This document shows, one piece after another, positions 28,801-37,612 of a stretch of DNA of 64,000 nt (the first letter of the stretch is position 1; each line of letters begins with the position of its first letter). The translations under genes were made by a program, and so were the position numbers. The stretch lies in assembly GCA_051251855.1 (NCBI GenBank), contig JBPOGI010000004.1, positions 288,001-352,000 on the forward strand, in the 5' to 3' direction. The DNA is from Roseibacillus sp. Its GTDB lineage: Bacteria; Verrucomicrobiota; Verrucomicrobiia; Verrucomicrobiales; Akkermansiaceae. Under the pieces are notes generated by a model. That model saw only the letters and a program-made list of their open reading frames with translations. It was not told where the DNA came from and ran no database searches.

Positions 28801-29367
28801 TTAGACGGTCATCACTTCCGCTTCCTTCTCGGAGGCAGCGGTGTCGATTTTTTTAACAGCAGCATCAGTCAGCTCCTGCACCTGACCTTCAAAGTCTTTC
28901 TGGCTGTCCTCGGTGAGGACGTTGTCGGCTTTCATCTTCTTCCCGTTATCCATGCCAATCTTACGAGCATTGCGAACCCTCACGCGCGCATCTTCAGCCA
29001 TCACCTTGACTCGCTTGACCATCTCCACGCGGCGTTCCTCCGTGAGTTCTGGAATCACGAGACGAATATTCGTGCCGTCAACCGCGGGATTCAGACCCAA
29101 GTTTGCTTCCCGGATAGCCTTTTCGATATCGTTGGTCGTGCTTGGATCAAAGGGAGCGACCATGAGCATGCGAGGCTCTGGAACGGAAATCACCGCCAAA
29201 CCCTTCAGCTTCATCACGCTACCGTAGCTTTGCACGTTCACGTCCACATTATCGACCAATGACGGCGAAGCCTTGCCAGTGCGCACCCCGCCAAATTCTT
29301 GGTCCAAATACTCAAAGGACTTGTCCATCGCGTCCTTCACTTCTGCCAAACTTTCTTCGGGTGTCAT
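28801..29367 (-). CDS. frr: Ribosome recycling factor
   Basis: VRTGKASPSL, LGLNP, PELTEERR and RNAR. Confidence 0.97.
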   Translation of the reverse strand: MTPEESLAEVKDAMDKSFEYLDQEFGGVRTGKASPSLVDNVDVNVQSYGSVMKLKGLAVISVPEPRMLMVAPFDPSTTNDIEKAIREANLGLNPAVDGTNIRLVIPELTEERRVEMVKRVKVMAEDARVRVRNARKIGMDNGKKMKADNVLTEDSQKDFEGQVQELTDAAVKKIDTAASEKEAEVMTV

Positions 29368-29409
29368 ATTTTTCGGTAACTAGTTGGGGTTACAGGAGTC
29401 AAAATCCTC

Positions 29410-30168
29410 CTAGGCTTCGCTGCAAACATAAGTGCCAATGTCTGCACCACTCAAGGCTCGTGTGATGTTTCCTTTCACACCTACATCAAAAATCACGATA
29501 GGCATCTCATTTTCCAGACAAAGACTAAAGGCCGTGGCATCCATCACCTTAAGCTGCTTAGTGAGGCAATCGATAAAGCTCACGCGGTCATAGCGCTTAG
29601 CATCAGGATTCTTTTTGGGGTCACTATCGTAGACTCCGTCCACCTGAGTGGCCTTGAAAATGACATCAGCCTCCATCTCGTTCGCTCGCAGCGCTGAGGT
29701 AGTATCGGTTGAGAAAAACGGACTCCCCGTTCCCGCTGCAAAAATCACCACGCGGCCTTGGCTCAAGTGTCGGTCCGCCTTGCGACGAATATACGGCTCC
29801 GCCACATTCTTCATCTCGATGGCACTCTGCACGACACAGTTCACACCTTCCTCCTCAAGCGCGCTCTGGAGAGCCAACGAATTCATCACCGTGGCCATCA
29901 TGCCCACGTAATCTGCCGTTGCTCGGTCCATTCCGCGCGCACTCGCAGAGGCGCCCCGCCAAAAGTTTCCGCCACCGACAACCACCGCAAGCTCCAGCCC
30001 CGTGTTTTTCACCGCATCACGAATTTCGCGTGCCATACGCTCCACAATCTCAGGAGAGATATTATCCTTACTCCCCACCTCACGCAGCGCCTCGCCACTG
30101 AGTTTCAATACCGCTCGCGAAAATTTCCGCGTCCCTGTTGGCTCATTCACTTCGTCACTCACGCTCAA
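29410..30168 (-). CDS. pyrH: UMP kinase
   Basis: LKLSGEAL, VGGGNFWRG, FFSTDT, DGVYDSDP, LKVMDATA; adjacent to frr; exact start uncertain. Confidence 0.97.
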   Translation of the reverse strand: MSVSDEVNEPTGTRKFSRAVLKLSGEALREVGSKDNISPEIVERMAREIRDAVKNTGLELAVVVGGGNFWRGASASARGMDRATADYVGMMATVMNSLALQSALEEEGVNCVVQSAIEMKNVAEPYIRRKADRHLSQGRVVIFAAGTGSPFFSTDTTSALRANEMEADVIFKATQVDGVYDSDPKKNPDAKRYDRVSFIDCLTKQLKVMDATAFSLCLENEMPIVIFDVGVKGNITRALSGADIGTYVCSEA

Positions 30169-30240
30169 GAGCCTCCGTTATCCGGACCTTGGGGCCAAGC
30201 CTAAATCACGGCTTGGAAAAAGAGACTTTCTCTTGGGCTA

Positions 30241-30930
30241 AACGACTTTCGGGAAACGACTCTCTCTTGGGATCGGGGATTTCCAGCGGACTCAGGAGTA
30301 TCAAGTAGTTTGCAATTTCACCTGATACGTTCGACAAATCTCGATCATTGGCAGGAGGAAACGAGCTTCACCGTTCCAGAGTCCACCGGTGAGGCCACCA
30401 TGAGTCATGGTGGCGATCTCGGGGGGGGAGCATTCTTCCAACTGCAACAGCAAACGTACTACGCCCACAGAACGAGCAAGAGCGCTCCTCCCACAACTTA
30501 CAATTGGCAATTTGAAAGCACCTTGGCTGCTCGGGCAAAGTTAAGCTTCGAAGAATTTAGGGCCAAAGCGAATGCGAAGAAAGGTCTCGACCAAATCAGC
30601 TGGGATCCCAAAACCGCTAACTTTTGGACCGAGTTCAACACTCCCCCCTCTAATCCTCCTGCCAATGCAGCCGATCCACGAATGTGGGATTTTAGCCTCA
30701 ACGCAGCCGAAACGACTCTCTATGAGAAGAATGACTTTATCGTCACCTTCCGCTTGGCCGAGCCCACCGCAGTCGATCTCTATTACAAACTTTGGACAGA
30801 TAATCTGCCAGTTTTCATCACTGCCGATTCGGTTTTCGACGGCTGGCATCAGAGCTTTTCGTATTTTCTCGAAGAGTTGGAAAAGCTCTACCTCTATCCG
30901 AAGTTGCGCTCACTTCTGGCTCACAACCCT
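30241..30930 (+). pseudogene. Truncated remnant of a DUF3160-like secreted protein
   Basis: FSLNAAETTLYEKNDFIV...LPVFITADSV...LEELEKLYLYPKL resembles the DUF3160 N-terminus. There is no signal peptide or ATG (in-frame stop at 30202), and the tail runs into the antisense of the next gene. Confidence 0.55.
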
Positions 30931-31013
30931 TCATCATCAGGGCCTAGCGGGTTTTCTCAGATTTTTTCCCCGCCAACCGCAGTCACAAACGGAGGCCTCG
31001 TTTCTAGAATTAG

Positions 31014-33044
31014 TTATGGGCCAGTAGTGCGCTCGACCTTAAAGAATCTCTTCCCGGGACTCGAGGCAGGATCTAACACGAGGTGGTTCCGACTATCGTT
31101 TTCGGCCCGCTCGGTTGTTCCAACCGGCGCGAACACCGGAAGGCTTACCGACTCATACAAGGTGTAGAACAGGCCGCGATTCTGAAACCAGGAAACCTCC
31201 ACTGAACCATCTTCCATCTCCACAATCTCAATCGGAATTTCCTCCGTCGTCACCGAGCCATCGAAATATTTTTGAGCCAACTCCCAAGACGCAATCCCAC
31301 AGGCCGATCCCATCATCCGACCAGGCCCATCATCAGGCGCAACATGAATTCCTCCATAGATTCGCGAGAGCCCCGCTTGGTCCGCCGCGTCGTAGTAAGT
31401 AGCCCATTGCAACGTCACATCAGCCGAAGGGCCCAGCTCAAAATCAAGGGTGTCTTGAGGATAGGTATAACTCCCCATTCCTCCCGGAAAATAGGCGCTC
31501 CCCGTCATCAGACTCAAGACTTCCGCACCTGCTCGGCTGAAAGCACTGTGGCCCGAGACGTAACCAGCAAAGGCCGGTGTCACGAAGGTGTCGCGCTGAT
31601 ATGGCAACCAGTCCTGCGCCAAAATCCATTCCGCCCCACTATACTCGGTGGCGGGATCATTCGGCTCTCCTGGCCAACAATAAATCGCAGTCTTTCCGAC
31701 ATGACCTGAGAGGTGCTCGTGCTTTTCTCCGGAGGCAGTGGAGGAAACCGTAATTGCCTCCACCAATCCCGGCTCATAGGGCAGAAGATTATTTTGCCCC
31801 AAATACCGAATGCTCGATATCGGCCGCACATAATCATACTGCCGCTTACAGCCCCATACCGCAATTGCCGCATCATGCATTGCCCCGTTGAGCGCGAAAT
31901 ACATTTTCACATCCCACTCCAAAGGATCTAACAAAGGACCGACTCCCCCAACGCGAGGCTCAAAGTCAGGATGTTCAACCACCTCGTTAGCGAGCCCATT
32001 CCAGTGCCCCGGAGGCGTCTCCGAATCCGGGCCATCCGCCCAAAACTCGGCCAACACGCGTCCAAAGTCTGCCCTCTTAACCATGTTAGAAGCATAGGGC
32101 GCCATCGTCACAGGGTTCACCGAATGACCTCCCCCATCGTTCAAGCCTAGAGAGTTGTTGCCAATCGCCCCAGGAGAGTAATCCATAGTAACTCCGTCAT
32201 CAGGATCGAGCCAACTGCTGAACCGAATCACCTCGATGTTATTCACCTTGAACTGAAAGTCCCCCACTCCATTGAGATAAGGAGGATCCCCTGGATCTAG
32301 ATAGAGCTTGGCCCCTCCCTCATAGTGGAGACCAAATGGCCGCACCGCTCCCCAGTGTGCACCCACAAACGTCTGAACCCCCGAAGGAATCACGATTCCA
32401 TTTTGAGTCACGAAGAAGGAAAACGCCAAAGGCTGCCAGCGGTTAGGATCATTCATCGTCGTCCCCGTTGACGAGAGGATCATCGGACTATTGACCGACG
32501 AATAGGTGGGATCGTTGTATCCGTTTGCCTCCCGTGACTGGTCAGTTGCGGCAAAGGCCAAAATCGTCTCCGCCACTCGATTGCCCACAGCGGCTGGGCT
32601 GTCTCCCACCACTGTTGTGGTCGCGATCGGATATCCAAGCGCTCCCATCTCAGCATCAAAGGCAGCCTTGGCAGCGGTAGCAGCTGAACTCGGAGTATTG
32701 GGATGAGGAGTCGTAAAATACCGCTTCACCAAAACTCGATAGGCCGCATAACTGATCGCCTCCTGCCGCGCTTCCGCAAGCGTGCTTCCACTCGGCACCA
32801 CCGCGACTTCATTATGCACATAACCCACTGCTGTAGCATCGTATGCCGCCCAAACATCATAAAAAGCCACCGAGAGATGGAACAGATTGCGAGCGTGAAC
32901 CGGAGGATCTGGAAAAGCAGTCCGGATAGCAGCTAAATTTTGCTCGTTCCAATCTCGAGCAATCGAGGTCGCGGAAGCCGTCGAACCTAGGGAACACATC
33001 AGACTCGCAAGCAGGGGGAGGAAAAGGTGGGCTTTCGCTTTCAT
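31014..33044 (-). CDS. Secreted vanadium-dependent haloperoxidase-like (PAP2 superfamily) protein
   Basis: Signal peptide; vanadate/phosphate-binding motifs KRQYDYVRP, PAFAGYVSGHS and SRIYGGIH. Confidence 0.85.
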   Translation of the reverse strand: MKAKAHLFLPLLASLMCSLGSTASATSIARDWNEQNLAAIRTAFPDPPVHARNLFHLSVAFYDVWAAYDATAVGYVHNEVAVVPSGSTLAEARQEAISYAAYRVLVKRYFTTPHPNTPSSAATAAKAAFDAEMGALGYPIATTTVVGDSPAAVGNRVAETILAFAATDQSREANGYNDPTYSSVNSPMILSSTGTTMNDPNRWQPLAFSFFVTQNGIVIPSGVQTFVGAHWGAVRPFGLHYEGGAKLYLDPGDPPYLNGVGDFQFKVNNIEVIRFSSWLDPDDGVTMDYSPGAIGNNSLGLNDGGGHSVNPVTMAPYASNMVKRADFGRVLAEFWADGPDSETPPGHWNGLANEVVEHPDFEPRVGGVGPLLDPLEWDVKMYFALNGAMHDAAIAVWGCKRQYDYVRPISSIRYLGQNNLLPYEPGLVEAITVSSTASGEKHEHLSGHVGKTAIYCWPGEPNDPATEYSGAEWILAQDWLPYQRDTFVTPAFAGYVSGHSAFSRAGAEVLSLMTGSAYFPGGMGSYTYPQDTLDFELGPSADVTLQWATYYDAADQAGLSRIYGGIHVAPDDGPGRMMGSACGIASWELAQKYFDGSVTTEEIPIEIVEMEDGSVEVSWFQNRGLFYTLYESVSLPVFAPVGTTERAENDSRNHLVLDPASSPGKRFFKVERTTGP

Positions 33045-33211
33045 TCAGAAAAGTTAACTAATACAACGTTTCGTTTCGTTTGACCAATACAACTCGTGTT
33101 CTCCCCTCAACAACCGCGAAGTCTACCCTCGGTTTCCACATCCTTCGAGAGAAACTATTCTTGTCGCAATTCACGCTTTCTCTTTTGTCATTCCAACCTT
33201 TCCTTTGAACC

Positions 33212-34081
33212 ATGATGCGTTTTCTTTCGGCCGGTCTCTTCACAATCGCGGTGATATCCTGCGCTCCGCAAACCGATCCGGCTCCTCCCAAAGACGTCAC
33301 ACCGGCCACCCCTCCCGTCAGAGCCCAGCAATACCCTGGAAACACCGCCCCTCTGCCCACCGAGGGAATCCTCCCGACCAGAACCACTCATCACACCACT
33401 CGAGCTCAAAAGGCCCAAATTGCCGGAGTCACCCTCACCTACCTCAGCTTCGACACCCGAACCCACACCCTTGCAGTAGTCGACCAAACCGGAGTCGGAT
33501 CTGAGTTCCAATCTGCCTCCGAAGTCTCCCGCGCCAAAAACGCACTCGCCGCCATCAATGGTGGATTCTTCACCCCCGAAGGTCAGCCACTGGGACTTGT
33601 TTACCAAAACGGTAAAAAATCTGGAGCTCTTAACACCGCCTCCTCTCTCGGAAGCGGAGTCCTTTACGTGGACCAAAAACTCGCTCAGCCTGTGATTACA
33701 CGTCGCTCCACTTTCCAAAAGTGGCTCAAAGATCCGGCATTCAATCCCAAGGAAGTCCTCCAAACCGGCCCCTTCCTTGTCGAAGGTGGGCGCAGTGTTT
33801 CAGGATTAAGCAATGACGAACCTCGCGTGCGCTCTCTCCTTTTCTGGGATGGCAAACACCACTTTGCCATTGCTCAATGCGAGCCCATTTCCTTGCGTAA
33901 TCTTGGCGGAGCTTTGGCCAAACAAACCCTTCCCGGGTTTCACATCGAAGTCGCCCTCAACCTAGACGGAGGACGTTCCGCCGACCTCAACATCTCCTCA
34001 AAGGTACCCGGTGGCCCCATCAATCTTCGCCGTTGGTGGAATAAACCCGTTCGCAACTACGTTGTTATTAAGCAACAATGA
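33212..34081 (+). CDS. Phosphodiester glycosidase (NAGPA/DUF2233) family lipoprotein
   Basis: Lipobox VISC; AINGGFF, QTGP and LNLDGGRS. Confidence 0.85.
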   Translation: MMRFLSAGLFTIAVISCAPQTDPAPPKDVTPATPPVRAQQYPGNTAPLPTEGILPTRTTHHTTRAQKAQIAGVTLTYLSFDTRTHTLAVVDQTGVGSEFQSASEVSRAKNALAAINGGFFTPEGQPLGLVYQNGKKSGALNTASSLGSGVLYVDQKLAQPVITRRSTFQKWLKDPAFNPKEVLQTGPFLVEGGRSVSGLSNDEPRVRSLLFWDGKHHFAIAQCEPISLRNLGGALAKQTLPGFHIEVALNLDGGRSADLNISSKVPGGPINLRRWWNKPVRNYVVIKQQ

Positions 34082-34797
34082 TGCGCCTGCTCTTCACCTT
34101 CTTCTGTCTCTCCCTCCTCAATCTCTCTGCGGATTATCAGCGAGTTGACCTCGTTGTTTCCGCCGAAGGTCGCACTGGGACCATGCATCTCTATCGTTTT
34201 GGGAGTAAAGATGTCGCGCTCAAAGTGATTACTCGAGGCCAACATGCCAATCTCGGTGCTGCCATGAAGGCCAACCAATGCCTTGCCGGTTGCAATGGAG
34301 GCTTCTTCGATCCCAAGTATCGACCTTTGGGCGAAGTCATCGCCAGCGGTAAAAAGACCGGCCATTGCAATCTCGCCTCCTCCCTCACCTCCGGAGTTCT
34401 CTATCAACAGGGCAACACCCTCGCCATCGAACGAGCCAAAAGCTTCTACAAAAAGAACCTCACTCCAAGCGAACTCCTGCAAACCGGCCCCTTTCTCATC
34501 GAAAACGGCCAGACCGTAAAAGGCCTTTCCAATCGAAAGTTCGCCCGCCGCACCCTCATTGCCACCAATGGCCAAGGAGAATGGTTCATCGCCTATACTC
34601 CGCCCACTACTCTCGCACAGCTCGCCACCTCACTCCTTCAGTCAGGCGACCGCTATGGATTCGACATCCAAACAGCCCTGAACTTTGACGGAGGCTCATC
34701 CTCAGCCCTTTGGGTGGGCAAGGGCAGAGAAAACAATTCTTTCTACCTCCGCGAATTTAAGCCCGTCTCCAACTACGTCGGCCTGGTGGCGAAGTAA
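34078..34797 (+). CDS. Phosphodiester glycosidase (NAGPA/DUF2233) family protein, second copy
   Basis: Signal peptide; CNGGFF, QTGP and LNFDGGSS; ATGA-coupled to the first copy. Confidence 0.85.
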   Translation: MMRLLFTFFCLSLLNLSADYQRVDLVVSAEGRTGTMHLYRFGSKDVALKVITRGQHANLGAAMKANQCLAGCNGGFFDPKYRPLGEVIASGKKTGHCNLASSLTSGVLYQQGNTLAIERAKSFYKKNLTPSELLQTGPFLIENGQTVKGLSNRKFARRTLIATNGQGEWFIAYTPPTTLAQLATSLLQSGDRYGFDIQTALNFDGGSSSALWVGKGRENNSFYLREFKPVSNYVGLVAK

Positions 34798-34970
34798 TTG
34801 CCTCCCCGATTAATCCGCAAAACCGTCCTCCTATTGTGGCGATAACCCTCCCGATCCGGAGGCTGATAGGACCTTGTTCCGAGCAGAGTTATCTCTTGCT
34901 CGTAAAACTTTCGCTACCATCTCAAAAAGGTCACGGAAACCTTATATTCTGACTTTTTGTGAGATAAAGA

Positions 34971-34998
34971 TTGCAAAAATTTATAAATTTTTTAAAAT
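34971..34998 (+). promoter_or_regulatory. Sigma70-like promoter overlapping a perfect 18-bp palindrome
   Basis: TTGCAA-N16-TAAAAT; AAAAATTTATAAATTTTT (34975-34992) is self-complementary. Confidence 0.5.
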
Positions 34999-35079
34999 TA
35001 CACCCAATCGCCCCCTCCTGTTCACCCAGGAATCCTGATTTCAGGACGACTGGTGGAGGTATACTGAAGACTGCTACCT

Positions 35080-35874
35080 GTGATTTACCGACTCACTGTT
35101 CTTACGACCCTGTTAAGCCTTCTCTGCCCTCTGGCAGCGAACGAAGGCTCTCGTTCCTCATTGTCTCAGCGTGCCAGCGTCAACCACCGAGACTATCTGG
35201 AATCCCGCCGTGAGCTCTTCGGCAGCCTTTCCGATCCCTTTCAAGTCGCTGGAAAAGCCAAAGTCGTGGCAGAAGAGCCTGAGCCTTGGGATTCGCGCAA
35301 AGGCCTTTGGCGCAGGGGAATCACCGCCACCGTCTTCTGGGTCGGAGAATTGCCCACCCCACGCAACCCCACCCCCAATAATGCCAGCTCTTGGGATCCT
35401 CAATGGCAAGAAACCTTTGGAGGAGTGGATCGCCCCCACCCGCGCGATGGCTACCTACCGAAAGGATTCGTGCCCAAGCAATCCCCCTTCTACATCGCCC
35501 TTCCCTACAACGATCTCGCACCGCAAGGCGGACATCACCCCGAGGCCTCGGAAGTCATCCCTTGGTTCTGGAAAGTCCATCAAGGTCCTACCAAATCCGT
35601 CTGCCATGCCAAGTGGATCGCCATTCATCGCGAAGGACGCATCTGCTACGCCCAATGGCGCGATTGCGGTCCTTACTCCACCGACGATTGGCGCTATGTC
35701 TTTCAAGGCGAAAGACCTAAACCAAATCCAAACGGCAACGCCGGCATAGACCTCTCTCCCGCAGTCCGCGACTACATTCAACTCGGCGGTAACTACAAGG
35801 TCGATTGGAAGTTTGTTGAAGACTTCGAAGTCCCCGATGGCCCGTGGAAAAATTGGCTCCCTCCCCAATCATGA
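35080..35874 (+). CDS. Secreted protein with RlpA/double-psi beta-barrel-like motifs
   Basis: Signal peptide; ATVFWVG, YIALPY, YAQWRDCGP and GIDLSPAV (DxGP...IDLS pattern). Confidence 0.6.
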   Translation: MIYRLTVLTTLLSLLCPLAANEGSRSSLSQRASVNHRDYLESRRELFGSLSDPFQVAGKAKVVAEEPEPWDSRKGLWRRGITATVFWVGELPTPRNPTPNNASSWDPQWQETFGGVDRPHPRDGYLPKGFVPKQSPFYIALPYNDLAPQGGHHPEASEVIPWFWKVHQGPTKSVCHAKWIAIHREGRICYAQWRDCGPYSTDDWRYVFQGERPKPNPNGNAGIDLSPAVRDYIQLGGNYKVDWKFVEDFEVPDGPWKNWLPPQS

Positions 35875-35894
35875 ACGTCCCTCTTATCCAGAAC

Positions 35895-36536
35895 TCACTT
35901 CTTAACCTCCGGCGCCGGAGCAGCGACCCCCTTGCCAGCTTGCGCGGGAGGGGCAACCCCCTTGCCAGCAGCCGGCCCGACCGTGCCATTATGGTAGATC
36001 ACGGAGAAGCGAGCCTCCCCGGTCTTACGCAAGAGGTCCTCGACGGAGCTGTAAGCCATCAACAGGAAGACTCCCGGAGCAGTTTCGTAATGAAAGGACT
36101 CTTCGCGCGTCAAAAAGCTATCATCGGCGTTTTGCGCCCGACCATTCAAGCGAAACTCACCTCGCCCCTTTTCCAAGACTGCCTTCATTTGATGGAAGCG
36201 GGTGCGAACCTCATCGGGAGTCTCTCCCGGAAACTCGTAGTTGACCGTCAACTCGTACAACCGATCCTTGTGGAATCGGGACTCAACCGAATGAGCCTCC
36301 AACTTCGGAATCCCTCCTCCCTTTTCTTGGAAGCGAAACACTTGCAAGTTGGGGGCATCCGCAGGGAGCTCCACGAACACGTCCAGATTCACCTTCCCCG
36401 CCCATTGCAAGAGACCCGCAGGCTCCTCGCCCCACTCGCGACCGAAGGGCAGCTTGAGAAGAGCTTGCCCGCTTCTTGCAGTCAAAACGAAGCTAGGGAT
36501 GGTCATAATGACAACGAGAGTCAACAAAGCGCGCAT
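35895..36536 (-). CDS. Hypothetical secreted protein
   Basis: Signal peptide, globular body (LPFGREWG), Pro/Ala tail with GKGVA repeated twice. Confidence 0.7.
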   Translation of the reverse strand: MRALLTLVVIMTIPSFVLTARSGQALLKLPFGREWGEEPAGLLQWAGKVNLDVFVELPADAPNLQVFRFQEKGGGIPKLEAHSVESRFHKDRLYELTVNYEFPGETPDEVRTRFHQMKAVLEKGRGEFRLNGRAQNADDSFLTREESFHYETAPGVFLLMAYSSVEDLLRKTGEARFSVIYHNGTVGPAAGKGVAPPAQAGKGVAAPAPEVKK

Positions 36537-36593
36537 GCGAGAAAGTTAACTCTCTTAAAACGTTCCCGCAAGACAGCAAGGTGTCGTGGCTCC

Positions 36594-37070
36594 ATGCTCG
36601 TTGAACTCAGTCTCGCGGTCTCCCTCTTACTCTTCATCTCCCTATGGTCATTCCGCACCAACCTACAGACCATTCGTCCTCGCAATTGGGCCATGGTTCA
36701 AACGATCACCGATGCCTACATGACAGGCCCCCTGGCCCAAGCTGAGTCCGTTGACTTCAACGAACTTCTCGACGACACCGTCACCGATTGGCCCACCTAC
36801 CCCAATAAGAAAACCACGACCGACGTTTTGGTTGGCACCCTCCCAGTCGGCACCGACGAAAGCACTGGCACCCTCGTTCTTCGCAAAATCAAGGGCACTC
36901 TCGTGCAGACCAAGCAACCTGCCGCCAACAATCTACCAGCCAACCCCACTGCAGCACAGATCGCCGCTAACCCTGCCCGAGTCGAATCCTGGCTCGTCCA
37001 GAGCCACCTGACCTACAGCGTTGGAAGCCGCACCTACATCAAATCTCGAAGCACTGTCAGAACGCGATAA
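36594..37070 (+). CDS. Minor pilin/pseudopilin-like protein (PilV/GspI-like position)
   Basis: RG|SMLVELSLAVSLLLF hydrophobic N-terminus; TAATG-coupled to the next gene; true start uncertain. Confidence 0.65.
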   Translation: MLVELSLAVSLLLFISLWSFRTNLQTIRPRNWAMVQTITDAYMTGPLAQAESVDFNELLDDTVTDWPTYPNKKTTTDVLVGTLPVGTDESTGTLVLRKIKGTLVQTKQPAANNLPANPTAAQIAANPARVESWLVQSHLTYSVGSRTYIKSRSTVRTR

Positions 37071-37612
37071 TGAAGCTACCTCAACAACTAAAATCTGGCT
37101 TCACTCTCGTCGAAATGACGGTGGTGATTGTCTTTGGTATGGCTCTATCAGCGGCAGGATTAATGCTGCTCAATCAGCAAATCCAAACGGTTCGCACCTT
37201 TAACGACCAAGACTTTATTCTCTCTGAAGCTCCTCAGATCAACACCTCTCTCGCCTCTCTTCTAGGCAAAGCCGATGCTATTCGCCTTCACTCTAACTTC
37301 GCTGGCGCAGTGGGAAACACCAGCCCAGTTCTCTCAGGAGCTACCACTCTCGTTGCCGCCTATCGCAACGTAGACAACACCACTTCCTTCGGAATCATCT
37401 GTTTCGAAACAGTTTCCGGACAGCAGCGGCTCAACTATTACTACTACGACCCCACCCCGCCTGCTACGGCCCCCACCCAAGGCAACCCTTCTTGGACCAT
37501 CTCCCGCAACATCAGCAACGTGAATTTCAGCCTCGTTGATGGCCTTTTCAAGTCCACCTTGTCCGGCCCCAACGGTGAGCAAATCACCTACACCATTTCC
37601 CCCAACCAGTAA
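37070..37612 (+). CDS. Prepilin-type minor pilin (PilW/GspJ-like position)
   Basis: KSG|FTLVEMTVVIVF class III signal. Confidence 0.85.
   Translation: MKLPQQLKSGFTLVEMTVVIVFGMALSAAGLMLLNQQIQTVRTFNDQDFILSEAPQINTSLASLLGKADAIRLHSNFAGAVGNTSPVLSGATTLVAAYRNVDNTTSFGIICFETVSGQQRLNYYYYDPTPPATAPTQGNPSWTISRNISNVNFSLVDGLFKSTLSGPNGEQITYTISPNQ

Noticed and set aside
35844..36593. 5' extension making a 408-aa plus-strand ORF
   Set aside because: It overlaps the signal-peptide-bearing minus-strand gene 35895..36536; only the pilin-like 3' part is credible.
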